Positions 46,033 through 57,546 of a stretch of DNA of 64,000 nt are shown here, one piece after another (the stretch's first letter is position 1; every line of letters starts with the position of its first letter). This stretch comes from an uncultured Alphaproteobacteria bacterium. Its GTDB lineage: Bacteria > Pseudomonadota > Alphaproteobacteria > Micropepsales > Micropepsaceae. The translations under genes were made by a program, and so were the position numbers. The notes beneath the pieces were generated by a model that worked only from the letters and a program-made list of their open reading frames with translations, had not been told where the DNA came from and searched no databases. The stretch spans positions 728 to 64,727 of the forward strand of contig CAVVXX010000011.1 of the NCBI GenBank assembly GCA_963752395.1, in the 5' to 3' direction.

Positions 46033-47426
46033 ACCGGCAACTGCACGACAGCCTTCAGGCCGCCGAGCCAGCTTTGCTCAAGCACCACGTCGCCGCCATG
46101 CGCGCGCGCGATATCACGGGCGATAGCGAGCCCCAGACCGACACCGCCCTGTTGCAGGTTGCGGCCTTCGTCCAGCCGGTGAAATGGACGGAAGGCATCC
46201 TCACGCTGACCTTCGGGTATGCCGGGGCCGTCGTCTTCCACCGAAATGCCCACGATGCGGCCGGTGCGGCGCGCGGTGACTTCGACCTGATTGCCGTATT
46301 TCAGCGCGTTGTCGATGAGATTGACCAGGCAGCGCTTCAGCGCCTTGCGTTTGATGTCGAGTGTCAGGCCTGGCGGCGCCACCAGCTTGATGCGCGCACC
46401 CGCATTGGCGCGCGCGCGGCTCGCGTCCTGCACCGCTTCTTCCAGGAATTGCGCGATGTCAGTCGGCTCCGCTGCTTCGCCGCCTTCACCGCGCGCGAAA
46501 TCGAGATATTCGTTCAGCATATGCTCCATTTGGGTCAGGTCTGACGTCATCGCCTGCGTGTCGGAGTCTTCCTTCATCATGGCGATTTGCAGCCTGAGCC
46601 GAGTCAGCGGTGTCTTGAGATCGTGGCTGACGCCCGCCAGCATTTCGGTGCGCTGCTGCACATGGCGCTCGATGCGTTCGCGCATCTGGATGAAGGCCTG
46701 TGCGGCACGGCGCACTTCGGTCGCGCCACTTGGCTTAAAATCGGGTACGGCGCGGCCCTTGCCGAAACTCTCTGCGGCCAACGCCAGATGCTCGATGGGC
46801 TTGACCTGATTGCGCAGGAAAATAATGGCGACAGCCAACAGCACCAACGAAGAGCCGATCATCCAGAGAATAAAAATGTCGGCATTCGAAGCGGTGACGC
46901 GGTTGAGCGGCACCAGAAAGCGCAAAACACCATCCGAGACCTGGACGCGTATGTCGACGAATTCAGGAAAGCGTTCGGTATCGAAATAGACTTCTTGGCT
47001 GATCTGGTTCGCAATGACGCGGGATAGTGCATGATCAAGCGCAGTCCGGGTCTCAGGCTTGGCCCGGGTTAAATGCTCGCCGGGCAAGAGCAGGATCGTG
47101 TAGCCAAGACTCTGACCGGCGAGTTCGCGCACGCGCTCGCGTTCCTGCTTGGTGGGCAGGGAACTCTGCAACTTGATCAGGAAGGCGACGTCGCTCGCGA
47201 CATTGCGCGCCATGCGCGAGGTGACGATGTCGTAATGGCGCTCAAAAAATACATAAGTGACAATGGCCTGAAGAATGACCACCGGCGCCACGATTATGAT
47301 GAGCGAGCGCCCGAACAATCCCCGCGGCATAAAGCGTTTGAGTGCGCGGAAGGGATGAAATTGGAACTTGCTCACGCGCGGGCGCGCCTCATTCGACGCG
47401 GTCTGGGACGAGGACATAGCCGACAC
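46029..47426 (-). CDS. EnvZ-like sensor histidine kinase
   Basis: 465-aa ORF with two TM segments, HAMP, the H-box LAGVSHDLKTPLTRL, the N box LIDNALKY and the G boxes DDGPGIP / GGVGLGLAI. Confidence 0.85.
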   Translation of the reverse strand: MSAMSSSQTASNEARPRVSKFQFHPFRALKRFMPRGLFGRSLIIIVAPVVILQAIVTYVFFERHYDIVTSRMARNVASDVAFLIKLQSSLPTKQERERVRELAGQSLGYTILLLPGEHLTRAKPETRTALDHALSRVIANQISQEVYFDTERFPEFVDIRVQVSDGVLRFLVPLNRVTASNADIFILWMIGSSLVLLAVAIIFLRNQVKPIEHLALAAESFGKGRAVPDFKPSGATEVRRAAQAFIQMRERIERHVQQRTEMLAGVSHDLKTPLTRLRLQIAMMKEDSDTQAMTSDLTQMEHMLNEYLDFARGEGGEAAEPTDIAQFLEEAVQDASRARANAGARIKLVAPPGLTLDIKRKALKRCLVNLIDNALKYGNQVEVTARRTGRIVGISVEDDGPGIPEGQREDAFRPFHRLDEGRNLQQGGVGLGLAIARDIARAHGGDVVLEQSWLGGLKAVVQLPV

Positions 47427-48105
47427 CGCGCACGGTCTGGATATAAAGCGGAAGCTTGGGGTCTTCTTCGATCTTGCGCCGCAGCCTCGTCACCTGCACA
47501 TCGACAGAGCGTTCGAGCGCAATGCCAAGCCGCGCGCAAAGATCGGTGCGGGAAAAAGAGCGCCCCGCATTGGCCGCGAACAGTTTCAGTAACTGTGCTT
47601 CCGAGCTGGTGAGACGCACCGGCTTGCCCTCGCGCCTGAGTTCGCCACGCTCTGGATCGAAGACGCAGGCGCCCATGCGTACTTCGCGATGCGGTGTTGG
47701 GCTTGCCCCGCGCGCGCGCCGTAATAGCGCCCCAAGGCGCAACATCAATTCGCGCGGTTCAAAAGGCTTGGGCAGGTAATCGTCGGCGCCGCGCTCAAGG
47801 CCTTCGATGCGGTCCCCGGATTCGCTGCGCGCAGTCAGCATCAGAATCGGCACATCGGATTGCGCGCGCACGGCGCCCGCGAGATCGAAGCCGTTTTCTC
47901 CCGGCATCATCACGTCCAGCACAAGAGCGTCAAACGCCAGGCTCTTCAACAGCGTGCGCGCTTCCGCGGCATCCGATGCCGCAGTGACACGAAAACCATT
48001 GGCGCTGAGATAGCGTTGCAGCAACTCGCGCAGACGCGCGTCGTCGTCGACGACAAGTAGATGCGGACTGTCGGCGGTGGTAGCTTGCGTATTATGTATG
48101 CTCAT
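47389..48105 (-). CDS. OmpR-type response regulator
   Basis: 238-aa ORF. LLVVDDDARLRELLQRYLSANGF...LVLDVMMPGENG...GADDYLPKPFEPREL...RSVDVQVTRLRRKIEEDPKLPLYIQTVRGVGYVL is close to the E. coli OmpR pattern. Confidence 0.9.
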   Translation of the reverse strand: MSIHNTQATTADSPHLLVVDDDARLRELLQRYLSANGFRVTAASDAAEARTLLKSLAFDALVLDVMMPGENGFDLAGAVRAQSDVPILMLTARSESGDRIEGLERGADDYLPKPFEPRELMLRLGALLRRARGASPTPHREVRMGACVFDPERGELRREGKPVRLTSSEAQLLKLFAANAGRSFSRTDLCARLGIALERSVDVQVTRLRRKIEEDPKLPLYIQTVRGVGYVLVPDRVE

Positions 48106-48243
48106 TGCCGCGTACTCTCCACGGCGCCGCCACGGTTTACTTCGCTCATATTGACATCATTATGCCCCCTCTTTAGGCCTAGCAAGGGTGTAAAATCCAC
48201 CATTGCCCGTAAGCATGGACGCCAGTGTCCACTGAGAGCGAGG

Positions 48244-49161
48244 ATGCTCATGGTTGCCATCATTCCCTTTGATCAGCGCGATGGATCGCTTTGGTATGAC
48301 GGCAAGCTCGTGCCGTGGCGCGAGGCCAAAACGCATGTACTGACTCATGGCTTGCATTATGCATCGAGTGTGTTTGAAGGCGTGCGCATGTATGGTGGGC
48401 GTATCTTCAAGCTGGAAGAACATACGCGCCGTCTGTTCGAATCCGCGCGCATTCTCGACATGAAGATTCCTTTCAACGAAGACGAGATCAACCGCGCCTG
48501 CGTCGAAGCTTGCGAAGTACAGGGCTTCAAGGACGCTTATCTGCGCCCCGTGGTGTTTCGCGGCAGCGAAATGATGTCGGTGGCCGCCATGGGCGCAAAA
48601 ATTCATGTCGCCATTGCCGCATGGGAGTGGGGTTCATATTTCCATCCCAATGAAAAGATGAAGGGCATCCGCCTCGCTATGTCGGAGTGGAAGCGGCCAG
48701 CGCCCGACACTATTCCGTGGAAGTCTAAGGCCGCTGGTCTTTACATGATTTGCACGCTGTCCAAGCACGCGGCAGAACGAAACGGCTATCACGACGCGCT
48801 GATGCTCGATTACCGCGGGCTGGTGGCGGAAGCCACTGGTGCGAATGTGTTCTTTGCCAAGGAAGGAAAACTGCACACCCCTGTTCCCGATTGCTTCTTA
48901 GATGGCATCACGCGCCGCACCATTATCGCGCTGGCCAAGGCGCGGCAGATCCCGGTCGTCGAGCGCCAGATCAAACTGGAAGAATTGTCCAGCTTCGAGG
49001 AATGTTTCCTCTGCGGCACGGCGGCGGAAGTGACGCCGGTTTCCGAGATTGCGCCGCATCGCTATACGCCAGGGAAAATCTGCGAGACGTTGCTAAACGA
49101 TTATGCCGACGAAGTGCGGCGGGCTGCGCCCATTGAGAAACGCCTCAGCGCCAGCGGCTGA
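48244..49161 (+). CDS. ilvE: Branched-chain amino acid aminotransferase
   Basis: The ATG at 48244 or 48250 lies inside ORF 48061-49161. The sequence includes HGLHYASSVFEGVRMY, YLRPVVFRG, KAAGLYM and GITRRTIIALA...CGTAAEVTPV. Confidence 0.9.
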   Translation: MLMVAIIPFDQRDGSLWYDGKLVPWREAKTHVLTHGLHYASSVFEGVRMYGGRIFKLEEHTRRLFESARILDMKIPFNEDEINRACVEACEVQGFKDAYLRPVVFRGSEMMSVAAMGAKIHVAIAAWEWGSYFHPNEKMKGIRLAMSEWKRPAPDTIPWKSKAAGLYMICTLSKHAAERNGYHDALMLDYRGLVAEATGANVFFAKEGKLHTPVPDCFLDGITRRTIIALAKARQIPVVERQIKLEELSSFEECFLCGTAAEVTPVSEIAPHRYTPGKICETLLNDYADEVRRAAPIEKRLSASG

Positions 49162-49591
49162 CGGAAGTTTCGTCTTCAGGCTTCGCTTCGACCCAGCGCG
49201 TTTTTCCTGCGTACTCTTCCTCTTTCCAGAACGGTGCGCGAGTCTTGAGATAATCCATCAGGAATTCGACCGCTTCGAACGCGGCCTTGCGGTGCCTGGC
49301 TGCGACGCCGACGAAGACAATGCGCTCGCCGGGCTTGAGCATTCCCACCCGATGCACGATGCGAAGACTTAGGATCGGCCAACGCTTGCGGGCTTCGGCG
49401 GCATGCGCAGCAACTTCTCGCTCGGTCATGCCGGGATAGTGTTCGATGGTAAGGGAGGTTAGCCCTTCATCGTCGCGCACTAGGCCGACAAAACTGGCTA
49501 CCGCACCCACCACTGCGCCAGCTTCCGTCAATGCAGCGGTCTCGGCTGCGACATCGAAATCTTGACGTTGGATGCGGATATTGCTGCTCAT
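49145..49591 (-). CDS. moaE: Molybdopterin synthase catalytic subunit
   Basis: 148-aa ORF with GAVASFVGLVRD, IEHYPGMTE, PGERIVFVGVAARHRKAAFEA and KTRAPFWKKE-like motifs. Confidence 0.85.
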   Translation of the reverse strand: MSSNIRIQRQDFDVAAETAALTEAGAVVGAVASFVGLVRDDEGLTSLTIEHYPGMTEREVAAHAAEARKRWPILSLRIVHRVGMLKPGERIVFVGVAARHRKAAFEAVEFLMDYLKTRAPFWKEEEYAGKTRWVEAKPEDETSVSRWR

Positions 49592-49595
49592 CGTC

Positions 49596-49847
49596 TCAGC
49601 CGCCGGTCACCGGGGGAAAGAATGCGATTTCATCTTCGGCCTCAATGCGGGTATCAAAGTTTTTATGCTCCTGATTGATCGCGCAACGCAGGCGCGAGGC
49701 GTCGCGGAACGCTTCAGCATAGCCGTCACCACGCTTGCGCAATACTTCGATCAAAGCCGTGACATTTGCCACATTAGAGGGCGGAGAAAAATCTTCTTCG
49801 CCAATGCCGACTTTCTGCCGCACCCAGGCGAAATAAAGCAGTTTCAC
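49596..49847 (-). CDS. moaD: Molybdopterin synthase sulfur carrier subunit
   Basis: The GTG start at 49847 gives an 83-aa product, VKLLYFAWVRQKVG...DEIAFFPPVTGG, with the C-terminal GG. It overlaps the pgsA stop by 4 nt. Confidence 0.8.
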   Translation of the reverse strand: MKLLYFAWVRQKVGIGEEDFSPPSNVANVTALIEVLRKRGDGYAEAFRDASRLRCAINQEHKNFDTRIEAEDEIAFFPPVTGG

Positions 49848-50425
49848 GCGGGCCTCTTGGATTTCTCTTTCGCGCCCCATGCGTGGACGAGGCCTGCACG
49901 TAGATAGACATAGCCGGTAAAGAAGGTGAGCGCGGCCGCGCACCACAGCCCAATTTCCGCAACCTGAGTTATTCCCGGCAAATAGCGCTCGCTGGCAGAG
50001 CATGCCATGAGTGCCGCAATAGCCACGAACTGCACTGCCGTTTTCGCCTTGGCGATACGCGTTACCGGCAGGCTGACATCCGCCTCGGCGAGAAATTCGC
50101 GCAGGCCAGAAACCAGAATTTCGCGGCACAGAATGATCAGCGCCGGCACCAAAGTGAACCCATGCAAGGTGCCGTCCGCGGCCAGCATCAACAGCGCTGC
50201 CGAGACGATGAGCTTATCGGCGATGGGGTCGAGCATGCGCCCAAACGATGTCACCGCGCCAAGCTTGCGTGCCACAAGCCCGTCAATAGCGTCCGTTATT
50301 CCGGCAAGGCAGAACAGCACGAACACGGCCCATGGCGCCCACCAAACCGGAAGGAAGAACGCCGCCACGAATAGCGGCACGAGTGCGATGCGACCGATGG
50401 TGAGGGCGTTGGGCACATTCGACAT
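49844..50425 (-). CDS. pgsA: CDP-diacylglycerol--glycerol-3-phosphate 3-phosphatidyltransferase
   Basis: 193-aa ORF with NALTIGRI and the CDP-alcohol transferase motif DAIDGLVARKLG...G..LDPIADK. Confidence 0.9.
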   Translation of the reverse strand: MSNVPNALTIGRIALVPLFVAAFFLPVWWAPWAVFVLFCLAGITDAIDGLVARKLGAVTSFGRMLDPIADKLIVSAALLMLAADGTLHGFTLVPALIILCREILVSGLREFLAEADVSLPVTRIAKAKTAVQFVAIAALMACSASERYLPGITQVAEIGLWCAAALTFFTGYVYLRAGLVHAWGAKEKSKRPA

Positions 50426-50449
50426 GAGGTCAGTCTATCACGCTCGTAT

Positions 50450-52366
50450 TCATCCTGCGGGATGGAAGAAGTCGTAAATCTTGCGCGCAAGGGTGCTGCT
50501 CAAACCGTCCACAGCCTCGATATCGGCGAGGCTCGCATTGGCCACCTCGCGGGCGGAACCGAAATGTGTGAGCAGGGCTTTTTTACGCGCGGCGCCCACG
50601 CCCGCGATCTCGTCCAGCGGATTGGCGCCGATGGCCTTGGCACGCTTTTTCCTGTGGCTGCCGATGGCAAAACGATGCGCCTCGTCGCGCAGGCGTTGCA
50701 GGTAATAGAGTACCGGGCTTTTGGGGTCGAGCCGGAAGGGGGGCTGCCCTGGGCGGTAGAAATGCTCGCGCCCCGCGTCGCGGTCGGGGCCTTTGGCGAC
50801 GCCCACCAGCGTCACCTCGCTCACGCCAAGGTCCGCCAGCACGGACGTGGCGGCATCGAGCTGTCCTTTGCCGCCGTCAATCAACACCAGCTCGGGCCAT
50901 TTCGCGCGCACTTCATTATCGGTGCCCGCTTCCTTCACCAGCCGCGCAAAACGGCGCGTCAACACTTCGCGCATCATGCCGTAATCGTCACCGGGCGTAA
51001 GATCGGCCGACTTGATGTTGAATTTGCGGTATTCGTTTTTTTCGAAGCCATCGGCACCGGCCACGATCATTGCACCCACCGCATTGGCGCCCTGAATGTG
51101 GCTGTTGTCGTAAACCTCAATGCGTCTCGGTGGCGCATCAAGACCAAACGTTTCGGCAACGCCTTCCAGTAGCGTGCGCTGCGTTGCGTTTTCAGCAAGA
51201 TAGCGCGCCATCTGTTCGCGTGCGTTCTGCAAGGCTTGTAACACGATCTCGCGTTTTTCGCCGCGGCTGGGTACCGCGATTTCGACCTTGCGTTCGGCAC
51301 GCGTCGACAGCGCCTCGGCCAGCAGCGCGTGGTTTGGGATGTCGGTGCTAAGGAGAATAAGCGCCGGCGCTGGGCGCTCGTCATAGAACTGGCCGATGAA
51401 GGATTCCAGAACTTCGCCCGCCCCGAGTTCCTTGTCGTGGCGTGGGAAATAGGGGCGGTTTCCCCAATTCTGGCTGGCACGAAAGAAAAATACCTGGATG
51501 CAGCTTTGCCCGCCCACTTGATGGATGGCGAACACGTCGGCGTCCTTGAAGCTTTGTGGATTCACACCCTGATGAAGATGAATGTGGCTCATGGCGTGGA
51601 TGCGGTCGCGCAACTGCGCCGCGCGCTCGAACTCGGTTGCCGCCGATGCGGCTTCCATTTCTTTCGCAAGCTTCGCCTGCACGGCACGGCTTTTGCCGGT
51701 GAGGAAATCTTCCGCCTCCTGCACCAGCGCGGTGTAATCCGCGCGGGAAATGCGCGCGGTGCATGGGCCGCTGCAACGTTTGATCTGATAGAGCAGGCAG
51801 GGCCGCGTGCGCCCTTCGAACACGGCATCCGAGCATGAGCGCAACAGGAACGCGCGCTCAAGCGTGTCGAGCGTGCGGTTGACGGCGCCCGCCGACGCGA
51901 AGGGGCCGAAATAAACGCCCTTCTGCGATTTGGCGCCGCGATGTTTCAGTATCTGCGGAAACTCGTGATCGCCGCGCACAAGAATGTAGGGAAACGACTT
52001 GTCGTCGCGGAACAGCACGTTGTAGCGCGGCTTAAGGCGCTTGATCAGATTGGCTTCGAGAAGCAGTGCCTCGGTTTCCGAGGCGGTGGTGACAAAAAGC
52101 ATCTCAGTCGTTTCTGCGATCATGCGGGCGATGCGATAGGGGTGGCCGCTGGGCTTGGCGTAGGAGGCCACGCGCTTTTTCAAGTTTGCCGCCTTGCCGA
52201 CATAGAGTACGTCGCCCTTGGCGTTCAGCATGCGGTAGACGCCTGGTGCTGCCGGCAGCGTCTTGAGATAGGCCTGGATGCGCGTGGCCCCAGTCAGCAG
52301 CGATTTGGGCGCTGCCGCTTGTGCTTCGATGCCGTCTTCGCGGTTCATGGTACTAATATAGTGCAA
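50450..52366 (-). CDS. uvrC: Excinuclease ABC subunit C
   Basis: 638-aa ORF with the GIY-YIG motif [26 protein letters not shown], a UVR domain and a C-terminal HhH ([16 protein letters not shown]). Confidence 0.95.
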   Translation of the reverse strand: MHYISTMNREDGIEAQAAAPKSLLTGATRIQAYLKTLPAAPGVYRMLNAKGDVLYVGKAANLKKRVASYAKPSGHPYRIARMIAETTEMLFVTTASETEALLLEANLIKRLKPRYNVLFRDDKSFPYILVRGDHEFPQILKHRGAKSQKGVYFGPFASAGAVNRTLDTLERAFLLRSCSDAVFEGRTRPCLLYQIKRCSGPCTARISRADYTALVQEAEDFLTGKSRAVQAKLAKEMEAASAATEFERAAQLRDRIHAMSHIHLHQGVNPQSFKDADVFAIHQVGGQSCIQVFFFRASQNWGNRPYFPRHDKELGAGEVLESFIGQFYDERPAPALILLSTDIPNHALLAEALSTRAERKVEIAVPSRGEKREIVLQALQNAREQMARYLAENATQRTLLEGVAETFGLDAPPRRIEVYDNSHIQGANAVGAMIVAGADGFEKNEYRKFNIKSADLTPGDDYGMMREVLTRRFARLVKEAGTDNEVRAKWPELVLIDGGKGQLDAATSVLADLGVSEVTLVGVAKGPDRDAGREHFYRPGQPPFRLDPKSPVLYYLQRLRDEAHRFAIGSHRKKRAKAIGANPLDEIAGVGAARKKALLTHFGSAREVANASLADIEAVDGLSSTLARKIYDFFHPAG

Positions 52367-52395
52367 CTTTGCGCGCCTGGCGGTTAAGATAAGTC

Positions 52396-53469
52396 ATGCT
52401 GATCTTTCGCCAGATGTTCGACACCACGTCATCTACCTATACCTATCTGCTGGGGGACGCGGCCACGCGCGAGGCGGTGCTGGTCGATCCCGTGTTCGAG
52501 CAGGTGCGGCGCGATGGCGCGCTGATCGAAGAGCTGGGTCTTAAGCTCGCTTACGCGCTGGACACGCATGTCCATGCCGACCATGTCACCGGCGCCTGGT
52601 TGATGAAGCAGCGCCTGGGAAGCCGGATTGCGGTTTCGAAGGCTAGCGGTGCTGTGGGCGCCGACCGTTATCTGAGCGCGGGCGATAAGATCGCGTTCGG
52701 CGAGCATCATGTCGAGGTTCGCGCTACGCCCGGCCACACACATGGCTGCGTGAGTTATGTGCTGGGCGATAAGAGCCGCGCTTTTACCGGCGATTGCCTG
52801 CTTATCCGCGGCAGCGGGCGAACGGATTTCCAGCAGGGCAGCGCCAGCACTATGTTTCACTCGGTACGTGAGCAGTTGTTCACGCTGCCGGACGAATGCC
52901 TGTTGTTTCCGGCCCATGATTATCGCGGGCTCACGGTCACCAGTGTGCGGGAAGAAAAACGTTTCAATCCGCGCCTTTGTGTCGAGCGCAGTGAAGACGA
53001 TTTCGTGGGTTACATGAACAATTTGCATCTTGCGCATCCAAAGCAGATCGACATAGCAGTGCCCGCAAATCTAAAATGCGGGGCGCCGGAGGAAGGTCAC
53101 ATGCCGCCAAAAGATCCCGATTGGGCGCCGCTCTCGCTCAGCACCGCAGGCATCTGGGAGATGCAGCCGGTTTGGCTCGCCGAAAACAGAAACGCGGCGG
53201 TGGTCCTGGATGTGCGCGAGCCTGCAGAATACATCGGGCCATTGGGTCATATTCGCGATGCCACGCTCATCCCACTGGGCCAGTTGGCCGCTCGCGCGGG
53301 CGAGCTGCCGAAGGACAAGCCCATTGTTGCCGTGTGCCGCTCGGGCGGGCGCTCGGCGCAGGCGACGGCCATTCTGCAAAAGGCAGGCTTCGAGAAAGTG
53401 GCCAACCTGACTGGCGGCATGATGCGCTGGAATGACGAGCGGCTGCCCGTCGATGGCGCAACCAAGTAA
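52396..53469 (+). CDS. Persulfide dioxygenase (ETHE1-like MBL fold) fused to a rhodanese domain
   Basis: 357-aa ORF with TYTYLL, THVHADHVTG, TPGHTHGCVSY and FTGDCLLIRGSGRTDFQ. The C-terminal rhodanese domain has the active-site loop CRSGGRS. Confidence 0.8.
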   Translation: MLIFRQMFDTTSSTYTYLLGDAATREAVLVDPVFEQVRRDGALIEELGLKLAYALDTHVHADHVTGAWLMKQRLGSRIAVSKASGAVGADRYLSAGDKIAFGEHHVEVRATPGHTHGCVSYVLGDKSRAFTGDCLLIRGSGRTDFQQGSASTMFHSVREQLFTLPDECLLFPAHDYRGLTVTSVREEKRFNPRLCVERSEDDFVGYMNNLHLAHPKQIDIAVPANLKCGAPEEGHMPPKDPDWAPLSLSTAGIWEMQPVWLAENRNAAVVLDVREPAEYIGPLGHIRDATLIPLGQLAARAGELPKDKPIVAVCRSGGRSAQATAILQKAGFEKVANLTGGMMRWNDERLPVDGATK

Positions 53470-53472
53470 GCA

Positions 53473-53883
53473 CTATTTCAACGGCGAAACGCGCTCGATC
53501 TCGACGCCGGCGGATTCTGCCCCCGGCAGCGCGTGCAGTTTTTCCACCCGCACGCGGGCAGCCCTCACGCGGCTGTCTTCGAATGCAGCCTCAGCGATGC
53601 GTTCGGCCAAGGTTTCGGCAAGATTGATGTGACCCGCAGCGATGAGCGCGCGTATTTTCTCGGTGATGGCTTCATAATCGACAACGTTTTCCAATTTATC
53701 TTCGAGCGCGTCCGTTTCTTGCACTGAAAGATCAAGATTGATCCGTACCGGTTGCGGCTTGCCTTTTTCGTGGCCGTGAATGCCAATGCGCGCGATCAGT
53801 TCGAGATTGCGGATGAACACGTGCCGGATGGCGCGCTCCGCATCGGCAATCAGCAATGGCTGAACCTTGCCGCTCACCTTCAC
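53473..53883 (-). CDS. folB: Dihydroneopterin aldolase family protein
   Basis: 136-aa ORF. The pattern IFIRNLELIARIGIHGHEKGKPQPVRINLDL...VVDYEAI is typical of FolB-type proteins. Confidence 0.7.
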   Translation of the reverse strand: MKVSGKVQPLLIADAERAIRHVFIRNLELIARIGIHGHEKGKPQPVRINLDLSVQETDALEDKLENVVDYEAITEKIRALIAAGHINLAETLAERIAEAAFEDSRVRAARVRVEKLHALPGAESAGVEIERVSPLK

Positions 53884-54641
53884 TCCGTTTTCGCCACGTC
53901 CGGTGTCTGCCAGATCAAATGTTGTCCACCGTCCACAGCGATGGTTTGCCCGGTCACGGCGGCGGCTTCAAGCAGGTAACGGACGGCCGCGGCGATATCC
54001 TCTGGGCGAGAGCCCCTTTTCAACGGGGTTGCTTCGAACTGACTGCGGAAATCGGCCTCGCTCTGGCGCTTACCGCGAAGAGTGGGGCCGGGCGCCACGG
54101 CGTTGACACGAATACGGGGGGCAAGCGCCTGCGCCAGCGTCACGGTCAGCCAATGCAGGCCCGCTTTGCTCACGCTGTAAGAAAGAAATTGCGGCGTTGG
54201 TTTCAGCAAGCGTTGATCGAGCATATTGACGATGGCGCCTTCGCTACTCGGCGGAAGATCGCGCGCGAAATTTTGCACCAGCACCAAAGGTGCTCGCAGA
54301 TTGGTTTCGATGTGCTTGTCCCAGGTTTGGCGCGTCATCGTGACGATATTGTCGTTTTCGAAAATCGATGCGTTGTTGATGAGCGCGGTGATCGGCCCCA
54401 TCGCATCGCGCGCCCTAACCAGCAAAGTCTGCGTCTCGTTTTCATTGGCGAGGTCGGCTTTAACGATGCCCGCGCGGACGCCCTTGGAACGAATCGCAGC
54501 TGCTGTTTCTTCCGCTTCCGCCGCCGACACGCCGTAATGCACAACAACCGACCAGCCCGCATCGGCCAGCGCCAGCGCTATGGCGCGGCCCAAGCGTTTT
54601 GCCGCACCGGTGACAAGAACGGTTTTGGTTTGCCCGGCCAT
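53880..54641 (-). CDS. SDR family oxidoreductase
   Basis: 253-aa ORF with VLVTGAAKRLGRAIAL, NNAS and YSVSKAGL. It overlaps folB by 4 nt. Confidence 0.8.
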   Translation of the reverse strand: MAGQTKTVLVTGAAKRLGRAIALALADAGWSVVVHYGVSAAEAEETAAAIRSKGVRAGIVKADLANENETQTLLVRARDAMGPITALINNASIFENDNIVTMTRQTWDKHIETNLRAPLVLVQNFARDLPPSSEGAIVNMLDQRLLKPTPQFLSYSVSKAGLHWLTVTLAQALAPRIRVNAVAPGPTLRGKRQSEADFRSQFEATPLKRGSRPEDIAAAVRYLLEAAAVTGQTIAVDGGQHLIWQTPDVAKTE

Positions 54642-54736
54642 TGGCTTCCTCTACACCGCTGCGCATGTTCTGTCGAAGGCGGCGAACTTGCCTTTGTGGG
54701 GCCGGCATAATTCTATGGTGGCGAGGAGCCCAGATT

Positions 54737-57511
54737 ATGCACAGCGCGCCGGTAATGACGGCAGGTGGTATCGCTCCGTTCGACGGCGAAGCTGTCAGGC
54801 GCGACATGGCTGCGCTTGCCCGCGCGCATGCGCGCCAGCCCGCACGGCTGCGCACCGCAGCGTTGGCTTCCATACAGGCGAGTTTCACGGCGGCGCGCCA
54901 GGGCATTCGGCAGCATGTGGAAACGGGCGTGATGCCGGGCCTGGCCGCGGCGCGGGCTCTGTCGGCATTGCAGGATGAAGTCGTAGCCATCATTTTCGAG
55001 TTCGCAGTGCGAAATTTTTTCCCTACCGCGAACGCAAGCGAATCCGAGCGCCTCGCCATCGTTGCCACGGGAGGTTATGGCCGTGGGCTGCTGGCACCAT
55101 ATTCCGACATCGACCTGCTGTTCCTGCTGCCCTCCAAACAAACGCCGTGGGGTGAAAATGTCACCGAGTTCGTTCTCGTCATGCTGTGGGACCTTGGACT
55201 GAAGGTCGGCCACGCCACGCGCACGCCAACCGAATGCGTCCGGCAAGCCAAAGAGGACATGACGATCCGCACCTCGCTCATGGAGGCGCGTTTTCTTCTT
55301 GGTGACCGTAGCCTTTACGAAGAATTTCATCGCAAGTTCTGGAGCGAAGCTGTTACCGGCAATGGCCGGGAATTTGTTGAGGCAAAACTCGAAGAACGCG
55401 ACAAGCGGCATCTGCGCCAGGGTGAAAGCCGCTATCTGGTCGAACCCAACATCAAAGAAGGCAAGGGCGGTCTGCGTGATCTGCAGACGCTTTATTGGCT
55501 CGGCAAATATCTTTATCGCGCGGAAGACACGGAAGACCTTATTCAACACGGCGTTTTCACCGCCGACGAATTTCGCACATTCCAGAAAGCCGAAGCGTTT
55601 CTGTGGGACGTGCGCTGCCATCTGCATTATCTGACGGGGCGGGGCGGGGAACGGTTGTCATTCGATGTGCAGCCTGAACTGGCGCGGCGCATGGGTTATG
55701 ACGACGTCGAAGCGCATCACGCAGTCGAGCGCTTTATGCGTAGTTATTTTCTCGTTGCGAAAGACGTGGGCGATCTCACGCGAATTTTCTGCGCGGCACT
55801 TGAGGAACAGAACCGCAAACGCCGCCCCACTCTCACAGGCATGTTGCCGGGCTTTTTGAAGTCGCGGGGCAGCGACGAGTTTCTCATTGACGGCGGAAGG
55901 TTGGCCGCCAAGCCGGGCATTTTCGACGCCAATCCGGTAAATTTGATCCGGCTGTTTCACATTGCCGATGCCAAGGGCGTGGACATTCATCCGGCTACGC
56001 TTCAGACCGTGACCCGCTTGTTAGAGCTGATCAACGACAGGCTTCGCAAGGACGCCACGGCCAACAAATTGTTTCTTGAGATCGTGACGTCGCGGCGAGA
56101 CCCGGAAAAAGCGCTGCGTCGCATGAACGAGGCGGGCGTCTTGGGCCGCTTCCTGCCGGAATTCGGGCGCGTCGTGGGCCTGATGCAATTCAATATGTAT
56201 CACCATTACACAGTAGATGAGCACTCGCTGCATGCCATCGGCAATCTGGCCAGCCTGGAACACGGCGAGCGCAATAAAGATCATCCCTTGGCAAGTGGTC
56301 TCATCAAGCGCGCGCAATCGCGCGAGGCGCTCTATCTCGCCATGCTGCTGCACGACATTGCCAAGGGCCTTCCCGGCGATCATTCCGAAGTTGGCGTGGG
56401 CATAGCGGAAAAAATCTGCGCGCGGCTTGGTCTTTCGGCCGCCGATACCGCCAACGTGACGTGGCTCGTGCGCAATCATTTGCTGATGAGCGATGTGGCG
56501 CAACGGCGTGATGTAGCTGACCCCAAAACTGTACTGAACTTCGTGAGCATCGTGCAGACGCCCGAGCGTCTGCGGCTGCTGTTGTTGCTGACGGTGGCCG
56601 ACATCCGTGCGGTTGGCCCCAGCGTTTGGAACGGTTGGAAGGGACAACTGTTGCGCGACCTATATGCCGAAGCCGAAACGCTCATGTCGGCAGGCGATGC
56701 CACGCCCGCGCGCCGCAGCCGTGTTGGTGAAGCGAAGAAGGCGCTGGAAACACGGTTACACGATCTTCCCAAGGCGGTGCGCGAACGTGCACTTGGCCGA
56801 CATCTCGACAGCTATTGGCACGCTTTCGACACTGAAACGCATGCGCGCCATGCGCGCCTGGCGGCAGCGGCCGACGCCAAGGGTGAAATATTGGCGCTTG
56901 ATGCGCGCAGCGATGATTATCGCGCGGTCACGGAGATCGTTGTTTACACGCCCGATCATCCCGGTCTGTTCTCGCAGCTGGCGGGCGCGATTGCGATCTC
57001 GCGCGGCTCCATCGTCGACGCCAAGATTTTCACCACCAGCGACGGCTACGCGCTTGATGTATTCTCGGTGCAGGATGCGGCGGGCGGGCCATTTGGCGAT
57101 GCCGCGCGCATCTCGCGGCTGAAGCGCACCATAGAAAAGACGCTGGCTGCCGAGATTTTGCCCCGCGATGTTTTTGCCCAGCGCCCGACAAAGAAGCGCG
57201 CCCGCGCATTCAAGGTGCGCCCGCGCGTGCTGTTCGACAACGAGGCCTCGCTGCTTTCAACCGTGATCGAGGTCGAGGGCGGCGACCGGCCCGGCTTGTT
57301 GTACGAAGTGACACTGGTGCTGTTCGAATCGGGATTGAGCATTACTTCCGCCATCATCGCCACCTATGGCGAGCGAGCGGTGGACACCTTTTACGTGCGC
57401 GATCAGTTTGGCCACAAAATCACGCATTCCGAACGCATTGCCGCGGTGGAGGCGCTTCTGCTGGCGGCACTTGAGGTGCGCACGGGAGCCGAGGCCAGCG
57501 CCGGGGCTTGA
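54737..57511 (+). CDS. glnD: [Protein-PII] uridylyltransferase / uridylyl-removing enzyme
   Basis: The ATG at 54737 follows GAGGAG (the ORF track starts at 54641). It has the nucleotidyltransferase motif [21 protein letters not shown], the HD domain LLHDIAKG and two C-terminal ACT domains. Confidence 0.95.
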   Translation: MHSAPVMTAGGIAPFDGEAVRRDMAALARAHARQPARLRTAALASIQASFTAARQGIRQHVETGVMPGLAAARALSALQDEVVAIIFEFAVRNFFPTANASESERLAIVATGGYGRGLLAPYSDIDLLFLLPSKQTPWGENVTEFVLVMLWDLGLKVGHATRTPTECVRQAKEDMTIRTSLMEARFLLGDRSLYEEFHRKFWSEAVTGNGREFVEAKLEERDKRHLRQGESRYLVEPNIKEGKGGLRDLQTLYWLGKYLYRAEDTEDLIQHGVFTADEFRTFQKAEAFLWDVRCHLHYLTGRGGERLSFDVQPELARRMGYDDVEAHHAVERFMRSYFLVAKDVGDLTRIFCAALEEQNRKRRPTLTGMLPGFLKSRGSDEFLIDGGRLAAKPGIFDANPVNLIRLFHIADAKGVDIHPATLQTVTRLLELINDRLRKDATANKLFLEIVTSRRDPEKALRRMNEAGVLGRFLPEFGRVVGLMQFNMYHHYTVDEHSLHAIGNLASLEHGERNKDHPLASGLIKRAQSREALYLAMLLHDIAKGLPGDHSEVGVGIAEKICARLGLSAADTANVTWLVRNHLLMSDVAQRRDVADPKTVLNFVSIVQTPERLRLLLLLTVADIRAVGPSVWNGWKGQLLRDLYAEAETLMSAGDATPARRSRVGEAKKALETRLHDLPKAVRERALGRHLDSYWHAFDTETHARHARLAAAADAKGEILALDARSDDYRAVTEIVVYTPDHPGLFSQLAGAIAISRGSIVDAKIFTTSDGYALDVFSVQDAAGGPFGDAARISRLKRTIEKTLAAEILPRDVFAQRPTKKRARAFKVRPRVLFDNEASLLSTVIEVEGGDRPGLLYEVTLVLFESGLSITSAIIATYGERAVDTFYVRDQFGHKITHSERIAAVEALLLAALEVRTGAEASAGA

Positions 57512-57546
57512 TGCAGCGTTCGGCGTCGGCGATAAGACGCGCAACT